A DNA stretch of 64,000 nt. Origin: Fimbriosthenelais zetlandica. Lineage: Eukaryota. The notes beneath the pieces were generated by a model, which worked only from the letters and a program-made list of their open reading frames with translations, did no database searches and had not been told where the DNA came from. The translations under genes and the position numbers were made by a program. This document shows, piece after piece, positions 40,036 to 53,933 of this stretch. The stretch covers positions 11,222,001 through 11,286,000 of the forward strand of contig OZ365115.1 of assembly GCA_977030845.1 (NCBI GenBank), read 5' to 3'. The stretch's first letter is position 1, and the number at the start of each line of letters is the position of its first letter.

Positions 40036-41443
40036 AAAGCCTAGCCCTAATATGGGACATGTTTTAAGGGGCTTGTCACTTCAAACAAAGGCACTGGACG
40101 ATAAATGGGGATTTGAAATGGTCTAGCACTCAGGATTTTCAGACTTGTATTCATCAAATCTCATTCAACTTGGAAAGGGCAGAGATGTGAGGGATTTATT
40201 ATTTGGATGATTATCATATTTTCTCTCTTTCATTCTGTGTTTATGAAAGAAAATTTAAGACGTTGGCTTAAAGGAATGACATAATAATCAAATTGCAGTT
40301 GGCTGTTTCAGATAAATGTCATTTAGACGAGAAGTCCTTAAATTTCTAAGGATTGCTTTCTCTCGTGTTTTTTCTGTACTGAATTTAAAGGAAACAGTGA
40401 TAGAAATTAATATGAATGAACATTAAAGGACAGAAAAGACAAGGAATTTGCAATGAATGAAAACAACATGAGACTTTCAGTTTTAAAGTTTGGACTTCTC
40501 TGGATATCAAAGGAACTCCCTTCAAAATGGCCTTTTCACATTTAGATGTATTCTTTTTGGTTCACAATAAACCTTCTAAAGAATTTCTTGCAATAACTGA
40601 TGCTTATGAAACTTTCTGCCATTCATTTTTGCTAAAATATCTTTTCAACAATGCATATCTCCACCTAACCAACCAGCCATTTTCCCTTTACTTTGATAAC
40701 TCTTCTTATATCAAATAATTACTTCGACCAACAGTCTCGGAAAAAGCCCAACATTTTCTGACGCTTCCATTTGATAGAAAACACAAATATCAATCTCAAT
40801 TTAGTTCATAAAGCCGCACCATTTGCCTCTGAGTCTATTCATCTAAACTAACCAATAATCCCATCTTCTCATCTTGTCAGATGTTTTATAAAAGTCACGA
40901 GACGGATGAGCTTTCCGCATTTCGGGTAAATAAGAGGCGGAAGCCATTTTCCGCTGCCATTATCCCACTTATGTCTTCCATCTTGTGGACTGGTCCTGGC
41001 TTCTCCATTTCTCGCACCAGACCATCACATATAACCAGGAGTAAAACCAGCAAACGTCATCAGTCACAAGGTAAACAAGTCCTGATGGCAAATCCCCATA
41101 AGTCACAGTGACAGATGTCCGACCATGGCGGGACACGAGGCTTGTGTGGGTGGCATGTTGTGCCAGCTATATTGACACAAAACCTTACAAAAAACAGCCA
41201 CATTAAATAACAATTCAATTAAACTTTATCATAACTATTTAGGGCCAGAACACATGTTTAGCAGGCTATGATATTCACTGAGACTTTCAAGAGAGTACGA
41301 AACATAGACTGACAATTGCTTTATAGAAACATGTGGTTTGGGAAAAAAAGAAAGCCATAGGAAAGAGCGCAGCTGAAGCAGAATACAAAGCTTGAGTACA
41401 GTAACCTAACTTTTACCTGTTTTGTTTCAAGCAAGTTTTGGGT

Positions 41444-41490
41444 AATTATTTGTGCAAATGGACTGTCAATTACTTGTGCAAATGGGCTGT
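41444..41490 (+). repeat. 24-bp-period tandem duplication
   Basis: AATTATTTGTGCAAATGGACTGT / AATTACTTGTGCAAATGGGCTGT. Confidence 0.85.
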
Positions 41491-42539
41491 GGGGCCACAT
41501 AGAGTGTACCCCTATCGTACTAAAGATCGCAGCAGTGTGACCTGCCTTTACTTAGATAATAAGATTCATATGGATGGTAATATAATGGTTAGAGACCTTA
41601 GTCACTTATACAGAGCTTATCTCAGTCAGTCTTCAGAGACTCAGACCATCAAAGCAGTTGCTCGATCCTGCTCGATGAACCAACTCAAACTCTATGCTTT
41701 CTCATTTCCTTGGTCTGATTAGGTGATAGAGGTTGGACTATGGGCTGGCCTTGACAGGGGGAACACACTCAATCCAGGGTTGGTACTGGAGAATGGTGAT
41801 CCAAAATGGAAGACATGGTAGGTAATATACCACAGGGTGTAGGGTTTGATGAATCAAAATTAATATTTTTTGGCACTTTTAACGTAGCACATGACAGATA
41901 TAGGTATGTCCTGTCGAGCTCTAATTCTGAAGTCATTTGATTTTAGAGTGAATCAGAGTCTGAAGCACCTGACAGTACGCAGAAATGAATATGACAGTGG
42001 TTTACATATGAAGACATAATAAATAATTTCAAAAAAAAGAATCAAGTAATGATACATATATACATTCAAATGCAGCTGAATCCATCAAAGTCCTGCACAT
42101 ATTGACCCGACTCCTGACCACAATCAGATAGACACTGAGACCTTTGTTTCAGGTCCTTCCATAGTAACGAAACCTTCCCATCACATATCTCAGCCTCCTA
42201 TACAGGAGCACCTATAATACAATGGTACGAGTTAATATGATTTGTCTTCTGTCAGAGCTATCTCTCCCCCTGAACCTGACCTTCCCCGATCCTCGGATGA
42301 CTTTGAGATTGTGGATAAACATAGTGGTCATTTACAATGGCAGTTCTAGTCCCATTCCTGGCCAATATGACTCTGGCCCAGCCAATTATCCATCCAACTT
42401 CCATTACATCTCTTGGCCCTCCGCGTTTCGCCTCTGACTGGATGGGGCGGATACCAGCCACTTTGATCTGGGACGGTTTATAATGACATTTTTCAGATGT
42501 ATCCTCAGCCATAGCTGCTTCTATCTCCCTCCTGTCATA

Positions 42540-42640
42540 CTTCGTCACGTCACAAACGTCATCCTCATTACCATGGCGTAATGTGGCCGTTATGATGTCA
42601 TGACCCACGTGACATTCAATCTCGCGGGCCCGGGTTTTGT
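42540..42640. promoter_or_regulatory. CRE/E-box-dense island
   Basis: CGTCACGTCAC, ACGTCA, TGATGTCAT and CACGTGAC within 100 bp. Confidence 0.3.
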
Positions 42641-45600
42641 GGGCTGTATCAGCCACTGACAAAGTCAAGCAGCCATTGCCAGGCCACCAACACAGATTAA
42701 CTTCTTATGCCATGAGGAGAGCAAGAGGGAAAAAATCATCGCTCGCAGAAAAATGCTTTACTTGGTCGTACTTAGAAATGGAATGATTGGTCGGGTGGGA
42801 GGTTGGGCAGGGTGGAATGTGGTGTGATGGGGTGAGACTCTCAGAGAATGGGGTAAGGATAGAGAGAAATGATTTGTAGATGAGGAAGCTATACTGATTC
42901 GTGGATAGGGAGTTTACATCAGGGATGGAAAGGAAGATTGGAGTGGAGTGGCCAAAGTGGTTCACTTGAAGGATAACCATTTATACTGGTCACAATCTCT
43001 AATTTGACAGACCCAACTTCCTGATTTAAATTGAATCAGTCAAGCCATGACATTCACTACAACAGTGTGTGGATAAATCTCTTTCAGTTGAATTGGTAAA
43101 ATACTCTTCCATTTGTACCGATGTCAAAGTCATTTTGGGGAAATTTCTACATAAGTTTTCGATATAATTTATTTTGGGATTAAGCCACATGTTTTAAGAT
43201 ATAGGATGATAGGGTGGAAATATAGAGTGTTATTAGGAGAGCTTCAGTACATTGCATTTACTCATTGGTTGGTCAGGCCAGGGTCGGAGAGGTCAGAGGG
43301 GTCAGCAGGCTGAGGTTATGGACAATTGCTCCAGTCCAATATAGCAGGTTGGATATAGCATTGCTACTGGCCGAAACATTAATACATGGGACTGCACCAA
43401 ACCGACTATTGAAGCGAAAAGAGGAGAAGAAAATGAATGTAGATCTATAGATCGTCTCCTCTCATCCTATCAAAGATGGTTATCGACTGAATATCAAGCG
43501 ATAATTGTTATTCAAAGTAACATAATACGTTCCTAAATATTATCATGCACTTCAAAATGACATTTAGGCGTGTCTATTATTGGGATATCGTCACAGTGGA
43601 GTATATGAATTTATGGATCTCATATAAGCAAATGATAGGCTAATCACAACCGATGTTCTAACCAAATTTAAGGAGAAAATAGCTTTGACTTTCTCTCTTG
43701 GTGCTAATACAACTGAGGGCATTTTCACCAGCTCCCCTGGTGGGGAGAGTTGAACTAGACTCCTGATGGGGCAGGCAGTGAGAGTGCCAATGAAGCCAGG
43801 GTTGTAATCAGTGAGATGGCAGAGTGGCTCTCAGCAGGGGGGCATGTAGGGGAAAGTTCCTGGTGCACCATACTGCCCTTTGGTACACCATCCTCTTCAC
43901 TTGAGGGTTGTCTTAAGTACTTTAGATTGTATATTCTGAACACAAAATATCAGATTCCAGTATTGTACGGCTTAATATCAATAATATGTTGAACAAAGTC
44001 AGATGAATACAAACTGAAAGTAAAGCAATATGCCACCAGTTACTGTATTGTGCTTACAGTTCTGCATGGTCGCTACATTCTTCTCTTCACACCTTGCTCC
44101 ACCACTGCGTGATTGCACAATCGCACCAGTGGAGTCAGGCCTTTTTCCCTTTAACCACCAGCCCATGGCAGTTACAATATAACTTAGAGACCCTCATGTC
44201 ATTTCCTTGGCTTCCGCCCCTGTTCAGTACCAGAAATTCCCCATCCTTTGATCTTTCCACCACAAAAATACCAGTCAGCCTCTGGCCGCCCTACATCTAT
44301 TGTTATATCGGCAAAAGCAATTTGGGGATGACATTCAAGGGTGCTGGGTATGTCAAGAGGTACCGACGCTGAGATAGGGCTGAGGATTTATGATTTCTTA
44401 TAATTAAATGATCAAATTATGCTGATACATGCAGATAGTTTTAATATTTTGTTCGAATCGCCACTTGAGGTTCGCTTGATCGCCTCTCAATGGGCGATGT
44501 CAAACACTTAACACTATCACCTAGAGATGTCCCATTTGACATTCATTGGTTCATCGCCTAATGTGAAACCCAGGCATGACTCTTTGAACTACGCATTGTC
44601 TTTACATACATATCATAGTATAAAATACTATGTTACAAAGGGACTTGAGATAATCAGAATATTCAAAAATAAAATGAAATGGAGAACAAGAATGTGGTAT
44701 TTTTTTTATCAATGCCCATCTTTCTTCAGATCTAATATTAGTCATTTTTATTACCCCAGTCTCACCCCACAATCTTTACAGTGAACCCAATTTACATTCC
44801 AGCTAGCAGCTAATCAGCATGTCTGTCTCATACCAACCCCAATATCACCCCTGTCTGCTGAAATTACCTACCAATCAACCCTCCCTCACACCTATTATCT
44901 CACTCACCCACCCCACAAAAAGTTATTGTGACATTCAGAGTTAGCAATTTATGCAATAATCCGTTTCAAACCAATCTAATAAACCACCCCCACTCCCACA
45001 TTGATATCAAGAATTGCATAAGGATTAACCCAAGAAATTTTAGACTTAAATCGATCACTTCTTTCCATATAAGATATATCTTAAATGGCAATATCTCATT
45101 ACACATTAGATTAACAAAATAAATGCAGTCGTAACTAAAATAGATGCATTAACTCTAATGCATCATATAGCTGCTGCAGACCCCTGAATACACTCTATAC
45201 TCATCTCTAAACGTCTGCCTTTACCTAGAACATTAATGGACCCCCTAGCCCATTCCCTATACCCCCTCCCCCCGCACCAACCCCACATTCTAACCCACAC
45301 GCCTCCGTGATACACTCCTCCGTCCGAGTTCAATACCAACTAAATTAGAAATTACGCCTCTGTAGCCCACTCGGGCCAAGCAGTTGTGGGGTCCATATCA
45401 CTAGGCCCTGCGGAGGGCAATAGAAGGGCCTTTGAAGGGCCTTTGACATTTTGTGATTGCTGGTCTCTGGGCTGGGTTGGGGGGAGGGACTCTGAGTGGC
45501 TGGGTAATAGTCTCTGCCACAGTAGGCTCTCCACAGACGCTGCCAATGACCTCCTAATTAAAAAACCTGCCACCAGGGGGTACTGTGAACGGAGGGGTGG

Positions 45601-46093
45601 ATGGCCGAGTCCTCGGGTGCTCGTATGTTCCCCGCCTCAGGCTTTTCCCCCATATTTGGTTCCCCTCTCTCAATTATCTCGACCTCTGTTCAATCTCCTT
45701 CCAGCTCCTCCCCCACTAACTGATTTTTACCCCTCACTTAACTCTATTTTTTCCACTGCCGCCATTGGTGAATGCATTTTTTCTATGATTGTTTTCATCA
45801 GTCCATGTCCCATACTCTCCTCATTCCAATCGTACTTATTTCCTTACTCTCCTTCCCAATTTCCTCCTGCATCTCGTTTTCCACTCCTTCACATTGAAAT
45901 CTTTTGTTTTTGTTGAAGCAATTTTGCAACGAGGGAGTGAAAATACTCCAATATTTTCAACTGCTCCCACTTGGCAGTATCCATCTCCCTGCACTTTCCA
46001 ATAATTTGCACCATACTTTGCACCTTGCAGTTTGCGCCCATCTTTTCTCCAAACAATCCGCGTCTGCTTCTGGTATATCAAATGAACAAAACA

Positions 46094-46107
46094 GCGCCAT
46101 CTGATTG
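46094..46107 (-). promoter_or_regulatory. CTCF-like motif
   Basis: Minus strand CAATCAGATGGCGC, 12/14 to CCACCAGATGGCGC. Confidence 0.35.
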
Positions 46108-49100
46108 CTTTTTCCTCGTTCATTCATATGGTGAAATCACAAAGTATAATACCTACCATTGTAAACTGACAAGATTCAATCCCAACTAAGCTTGCCCCAT
46201 CCTCTCCTCCCTACCTCTGCATCTCATCTTCCTTTTTTCCCTTTGTTCATCCAATCTCTTTTAATACAATCCACGCAAAGCAATCAAATCACTTGTCTTC
46301 ATTATAAGATGAGAGGTTTTTGATAAGAGGTATAAAATTGCAATTCATTTCCTATTTGCAGGCCCTCGTACATGCTTTGTCAGTGTGCGATTTCATTTTC
46401 GATATACGTTATAGGACAATGAGTCATGCGGGGCATGTTTTCCAAAGGTCCCTTTGAAATGTGAAGAACACTTTGTAGAGAAATCAATATGATCTAATTA
46501 TCCGGGGGATGGCAATTGTACTGGCAGTAGAAATGTGGCATGCACATATGTGGTAACTGAAACTTTCCTATACCTTCTATCTTGTCTCTGTGCCTATCCA
46601 ACTCAACTGAATGGTGCTTTCGCTTTTGCTGAATAGGACAAATTTCAATGCATTAAAACACTCAAAATTTTCAGAAATTACAATGTTCCTTAGAATACAA
46701 ATTCAAATCAAACTATCATAGTTTTAAAACAACGAAAGCCTTAGATTTTAGAATGTGTCTGTGCAACGTTAATTTAATCAAAGACATTCAAAATGGATGA
46801 TTCACATTAGCTACAACCTGTAGAATAAGCTCCGCGGAAAGTTTTTAATCCGCAATGTCTGCGACGAGCCATTCACAATATGAATCCCCGTATCACTGAA
46901 TTATTTATAAATTTATATATTACATTTTATAGAAAGAGACAGCTGAAAAGCTATAATGTGTTAATGTCTCATGAATAAGGTGTGCCAGAACCACAAAGGA
47001 ATGGAAAATAATTAAGGGCCGGCAGGTGCGTTGCATCAAAGGGCCCCTAGGGGTGCCTAACATCTCGACTTAAAAGGTATTGTTTCATCCCAAACCGCAG
47101 TAGGCCCTATAGACATAATGGGAAATGTCAAATTGGTTAGAGAGTAAAGATGGCTGGTGGATATTAAGGATCTTTTCTAATTAATTAATAAATTAGTTAT
47201 ATAAGTACAACCATTTAATTATATTTCAGTACATTACCCTAATTAAATGAAAATAAAATGGCTAAAGTTGCTTGCTAAATCAGAGTTTATATGTGTATAA
47301 ATACATGTATAGAAATCTTATCAAGATTAGATCAACATTATAATCATGATACATATAATGTTGCTAAAACTAACAAAAAAATACAATATTACTATATCTT
47401 TGTTGAATGGATAGTCATCCAGAGAACTATCTAGATAAAGTCAAACTAATCCTAAGTTGTGACAAAACTTGACATTTTGTCCCAAACATTTGAATGAGAC
47501 CTATAGCATTGTAGAACAGGTGGAATGCCTATTCCCTTAATGTTTTGACGAGCTTTGTAACTGAAGGAAATAGTGTAGTCAATTAAAGAGTCAAACTTTG
47601 AAAAGCTTCCCCCATCCCATCTATTCAGGCAACAGCTGGCGAAATTAGTTCGTCCCTTGTTCTCCTCCAAACAATAGATAAACAAAGCTATTTAAGTTCC
47701 AACTCTACATTGTTTTAGACTTTATTTAATTGTGTCAGTGTTCCAAAGTGTTTCAGAGACATTGGAAATACCGATATAATCAAAATATCACTATTTATGA
47801 ATACCAATATGACAACTATAAAATTTCTTTAATATGATAAATATTTTACTTTTCTTTAATAATTACTTCTAAGGCATCCTTGAATACCTACTCTAAGAGT
47901 TCACATTGTAACTATCAACATCAGTTCTGGGGCCTGTTTCAAGCAAAGTAATTGCCGATATATGGTTAATATTTGTTTTGTAACCAGTTTCTAATGTTTC
48001 CTTTCCAAGCTAGTAACCACTCAACGTCGGTTCAAAGCAATGTAAACATTCTTGTGAGTAGTATATCTAAATGGTGCTCTATCCCTGGTACTAGATGACG
48101 GTAGTAGTACAGAAATGGCGGGCGGTCCCAGGACAGACCTAGTTATCAGCCTTATTTGATTGCAGTTTGTGAACACAACCATTGCACAGAAACAAGCATG
48201 ATCACCACATTGGACTTATCACCCATTGTCTACTGTCCTCTGCCTTGTCCAAAATGTCAAGATTGTCCCTGACAGTATATCTGTTAGTCCCGGGTCGGTG
48301 GGAGAACGAGGGGTGGATGGTTATGATGTGGGGTGAGTCGGGGTTAGAAGTAGGGCTAACTATCAGATAGTTCAGCCATTACAAAGATTCATGTAACTTG
48401 CAGCAGACATTCATGGGATTTACAATGCAGCCACTTCTGGGATTCTTGGATGATTCTTGGATCTTATACATGGCCATCATCAAACAGTGTATTTTACAGT
48501 GTATGACCATCAGATTTAACAGATTGAATGAATATGGGTAAACACATAATTCAATGTAATACTCAAATGTCATCTGGGACTTAATAATACAGGCACACAG
48601 TGAACTATAATACCAAACATGAATGCATTTTCACATTAAGCTCATTATAATGTTTGGGTTTCACTAAGGCTATAATGCGATAAACGGCATTCAAACATTG
48701 CAGATCAGGTGCAAAATCCACGTTAGATCAAAATAGATCTATAAACGGCAATTTCTCTCCTGTTACTGCTCCAGTCTTTCACTGAATGAAGTCTAAATCC
48801 CTAACTTTTAGGCTTTCACCTCTGGTATTAAGGCACGCACCTATTATGTTTATAACACTATCACCATAGTGGATCCAGCCCTTCAGTCCATCACTTATTA
48901 CCATCCTACACCCATGCCTCAATGGTGCTAATCAAGATTGCCCTATTTTTTGACGGACTACTTTCATAATCACCTGGGGGCGTAGTGATACCATTCATCA
49001 TGTAATCCCTTGTGTTAGATTAACTCAATCAATTTTTTCCCAACCTACAAGCCGCCTCTGTCTAGATGACTTTACTAATTAGGCCAATGGTTCTCTGTCG

Positions 49101-50502
49101 ACGTATCAAAATAACAGCGACTGGGAAAGATCGCGGCGACACTATTTAGGCAATTAGCATCATTGCTGGCTGCTATTGTTAGACTATTGGATTAATCAGA
49201 CGAGTGATTGGGTGGAAGGAAGGCAAAGTCCATTAGATGTTCTCCTTATACACTAGACAATACTGGTTGTATTCTGATAATAGTGTCTCCATTACATTGC
49301 AGATGCACTCTGCTAGCACCAAGCTCAGATGATGGATGGTGCCATTTCAAAACCTCTTATAAAGCTGGCAATGCCAGGGGACAGATACTGATTGGACTGA
49401 TAGAAAATGACAATAACAGTGGCATTAAAACAAAAACTTAAGATTTATCCTAAAAATAACTTTTAAGTTGGAATAATATAATGGGAATAGCCAATTTATA
49501 TGGACTTTAAGGGGAAGGTATTGGTTGTAAGCTAACCCATGTATATGCACGACCATTTCTGAAGTTCCCATATAGATCTATTAAATCTACGATATCACGC
49601 CTTCACAAGCTCATGGAAGTTCAGAGAGAAAAGGACAAAATGAAGCAAAATAAAGAATCATTTCTCACATTTCAATAGCTATCATTTCCAGCATGGAAGT
49701 CATAGCAGGAAGAATATAACAGGCAAACCTGATGATAGGTATCTCAGTGCAGGGGCTTCCCATTTCAGATTAGGCGCAGGAACACTTGATGAAATTGAAA
49801 CTGAAATTGAAACTTTGCAGTTCACGACATAAAACCTGATAACTCTGCATTGAATGAATATGAGAGGACAAGTTGATTGAATGGAATTTGAAAGACTTCA
49901 AATTCAATTACCATTATTGGAAAGTGATAGCATTGTGGAGGGAGCTCTGCAAAGCTTTGATTTCACTGGAAATGTAAGGTGTAAAGTAAGTTTATACAAT
50001 CAGAAAGGTTCCTTTTACTCTCAGTCTCCTCTCACTATGTTAGTTTACACAAAGGTTTAGATGATTTAAATATTTGTGGAACTAAGAATACAGCTTACAA
50101 TGGTTTTAGTAAGCAGTATTTACCTTGTACAGCAGATTTTTAGTTCATCATTGCTGTTTTATTGCTCTTATTATTTGGCAGCACCTTACTTCGTAAGACC
50201 CAGTTGGCAGATTTCCTCAGCCAATGCCCACCCTAGAAACTGGGCCAAAAACTTGATTCTAGGTCAAACTGATATATATTCCTGCTTCGTCCCAACACTC
50301 GGCGTTAAATTACCGATGGCTGCACAATTTAAATAATTAAATATATATATCAAAAATACCACCGGATTATCATTTTATTTGAAATTGAAGCAATATATAG
50401 CAATGTGAGATTGATGTAGGTTTGTATGTGAGAATGCGGCCCACCTTGCTCTCCAGGAATGAGTGAGGAATGTTGTGTGTAGTAATTTGGCCTGCTCTCC
50501 AG

Positions 50503-50559
50503 CCTCTAACTCCGGACCCTCATAAAGTCCCATATATTGGTTCACTCTGGCCACATTCA
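50503..50559 (+). other. Candidate 57-nt exon
   Basis: cctgctctccag| ... TCA|gtaagt; only phase 0 is open: PLTPDPHKVPYIGSLWPHS. Confidence 0.15.
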
Positions 50560-53277
50560 GTAAGTTAAGGCTTAAGAGCAGTGTCAGCCTGATGATTAGT
50601 GCTCCCGCCACCCTGCCAGCCACTTGCACCAGCCACAGATGCTGTGTTGTTTCAAGTGGGATTTTCACTTGATGATACCATCGGCGGGGCTCACCAAGAC
50701 CAGCTCATTCCAGATTGGCGTCCCGCTCGGAGCCCTAAAGCTCCGACTATACGGGCCAGCCATTTTGGTGGCTTTTCAGTTGATGAAACTCGGCCCTGTA
50801 TATGTATAGGTTGTGTCACTAAACGCGAGGGCAGAGCGGGGCGGGATTTGCGGGTGATCAGGACATGGCGTATGAGTTACACGATTTCAGCCCAGCCCAC
50901 TCATACCTCAGTGGGACCCAATAAGCCAGGCTAAATATTGCCTCCTAAGCCGAGTCTTTCCTTCCCAATAAGGGGATTTTATAAATGGCCTTGGAAAAGG
51001 GGTGATATAATTACTCTGTGTTTCTCTGGAAATTGCATGAAATAAGTGCTGGCAGGTGTTTGCCATTTGTCACAGAGAGTGGAAGCTGCTGGCTAAGGCA
51101 GAGCGACGTTCAGGATTTACTCTCTGCTGTCTACCACCACTGTATCAGTAGTATACAGTAAACCGTGACAGATACTTCTTTAATTTTCTCATAAATTCCT
51201 CCACCGCCTGTCATTAGAATAGATTGGTCTGAGATCCATTGCAATGAATAATGTCCTCACTCGACTAGAGCGGGAAAAATAAGGTAATTATTTCCATATG
51301 TTAAAAAGAGCTCAAGGCCTAATCTGTGGGGACTTAAATACCATTTAGACTTTGAGGAAAAATATTCAAGCACAATCTGCCTATTCCCCGCTGGCTGATT
51401 GGGCTTATAAGGCTGAGCAGGTTGGGTTATAAGGCATTAGTTGGAAACTGGTCCTCTGGAGAGGCTATTGGAGGTGGGTGGAGAGGGAATGCAAGTTTCA
51501 CGTGCAAACTGGAAAGACATTCATAAACATGTCACAAAAGAAAGCATTGCAATCTCTTCAAGTGGAGGAGATGCCTCATCAGGAAGAGTTTAGAAACCAG
51601 GGGAAATCTGGAGTAGTTAGCTAAGTGGTGGGAGGTCTTGGCTTGGGTAAGGGCTTCCGAGATAAATATCGCCAACAAATCAGGGACATACCTTGGGAAA
51701 TTAGAACCTTCTAGCCAGGCCTCCACAATCTCAGCATCAGCATTGGCTGGGGACTTTACCCCGCATCAATTAGGAACTTTAACCATTTTTTATTACCTCG
51801 GGGTTGGCATATCATTATCCGAGGGTGATTAAGGGGGCTTTAGAAGCAACTTTTTCTCAGATTTTATCAATGAAAAAAGAGCTGGGAAAGAAGTGGTAGG
51901 CCTAAAATTTGCTGGTAGTTAAACTTATTTGGGATCAATATGAATGAGAAATGGCATACAAGAAGGGTTCTCGGGTCAATTTATTGGGGTTTGTTTTCCC
52001 GATTGTGTTGCATCTGCAGTGACCCAAGGAGGCAAAGATCTACCTTAAGCTATAAGAATCTTTGTGGCCCAGACGGACAAGAAATTAAAATCCATAAATA
52101 GAAACAAAAGAACTAGAGGGGACTTGGATTGTCAAATGCAATTTCAAAATGGAAGTTAGGAGATTAAATAAAGGAGCACTTCATTCTGTTCAATCAATTC
52201 CCAGGAAAATAGCTGGGAATGTCTTGCAAGTTTGTTTTCCTCGCCTGCGGTCAAGACTTGGGATGATGCATCATTTGTTGAAGGATCATTGACTCGAGGA
52301 TCAAGGACATCATGGTGACAGCCTGGAGGGGGTCTGGAGGGTCCAGAAACAAGGGCTGGACAAACTGTACCATCTACATTCATCCACATTGTAGATGGTT
52401 TCCCTATAAATGCATTTTATAGGTCTCTGTGGCTGCTGAAGTTGTCAAATTGATTCTCAATGAATATTATTGATCATGGCTAAACCAGGTGAACATATTT
52501 GGTGGATTGTGTGTTAAACCTGTGAAATGATTGTCTTCAATATCCATCACAATGGCAGACATTCTGTGAGACACTCAGTATTCACTTCACAATGGTAATT
52601 ATAGAAGATTGTCTAAACTGACAATGATCCTCGCCAAGACCAAGCAAATATTATATTATTCATTATATTGCATTCCAAAGTAGATTGTTCACCATTCCAT
52701 CCGGACAAACCGAACAGACAAAGAGTTGAAAATTTGCTAAAAATGCCCATAATGCATCAATATGTGATTCATGTAAAATTGATTGGTTTGATTTGTACAC
52801 ATATCTATCTGGTGGTTTGGGCCTAGCTCAACACATAAAAAAACCGCCTTGGAAAAAGGATATGAAAAGGAGAGCACCATGCACTTGGACAGGAAATTAA
52901 GACAGGAGGGTCAAGGATCTAGCAGGGACCCCCCTTGCCTACCTGCCACTGAAAGAAGGCCTGGAACCATCAATGTGGATGGTTCCCCAAGGACGAGGCA
53001 TAGGCTCCCAGTGGGCCATAAGTCTAAAGCGAGGCCAAGCCCGGGTCTAACCAGCCAATAGGATGTCAACCATAGAGAGCTGGGCTGTCATTGGATGACA
53101 TCTGTTAGGACCGGAGTATTCTTATAGAGTCAGGGTTATGGCTGAGTAAGGCCACAGGGGTAGGTCTATATAGGACCGAAGGGGCTAGACCTCCCAAAGG
53201 GAGCTTATTTCCTTATATGAACTCTACCATTTTGTTTCCTCAAAAGAGTCCTGATTTGTGATGATGCCAAACGAAGG

Positions 53278-53473
53278 GCCATCTCAAAGGTTTGCAAGTG
53301 TTTTTTTCTAAATTTAAGTCCTTTAAAACAGTAGGCGGTGAGAAAACTGCATGCATGGATATCAGTTAACAAGATTTCAGCCACTATTTTTCACACTTTA
53401 AGATAGGAGCTGGGGTGGTAGTCTGGCTCCAAATTGAGGGACTTAAATTTAGAAAAAAATTTTTTGAGATGGC
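53278..53473. mobile_element. Foldback/MITE-like element with bipartite inverted repeats
   Basis: Perfect 21-bp arms 53301-53321/53439-53459 plus perfect 11-bp outer arms 53278-53288/53463-53473. Confidence 0.6.
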
Positions 53474-53933
53474 AATTGCGAAGAAAAATGATCAAGGGAA
53501 AGCACATCTATTGTACAGGGTTAGAACCTCGGAAATATGACCATGTGTAAGGACTATACTAAGCCAAATTCTAAGATTGAGGAATTTTGTCTGTTTATTA
53601 ATAAGCTTCTGAAGAATTTTATCATATATTGCATCCTCACAGGGGTCACAAATCCTAAAGTCCATATCTAGGCATATATACGTCCTTCATAAATAAGTCG
53701 CTGAATCATCATATTATTTGACTTTCAGAACCAATAGAAGAGACTCCAGCATTGACTTCCTTCACATGCACACATACACATCAATGTATATCATAAGAAG
53801 TGACCCCCTACAGCCACTCCACTCTCCCAATACATCAGCTCGCAGCTCAGAGATTCCATACATTAATAACGCCCGGTATAAGATATACCCCCACCACTCC
53901 CATCCCCCCATGAATCAGCAAAAAGCGTCATTC

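Noticed and set aside
44457-44498. Small hairpins at 44457-44498 and 45143-45164, and 12-14 bp palindromes at 4154 and 43442
   Set aside because: Short enough to be expected by chance in 64 kb
48288-48335. Collagen Gly-X-Y exon (GSVGERGVDGYD)
   Set aside because: Only four triplets, then the register breaks, and there are no neighbouring collagen exons
48836-48846. miR-124-like TAAGGCACGC (also miR-9-like TCTTTGGTTA near 2537 and miR-96-like pieces near 23885)
   Set aside because: Matches are only about 10 nt, the rest of the mature sequences differ, and there is no precursor hairpin
49820-49876. Kinase catalytic loop (VH-DIKPDN resembling HRDIKPDN)
   Set aside because: The Arg codon is missing, there is no DFG downstream, and the frame is bounded by stops; probably chance
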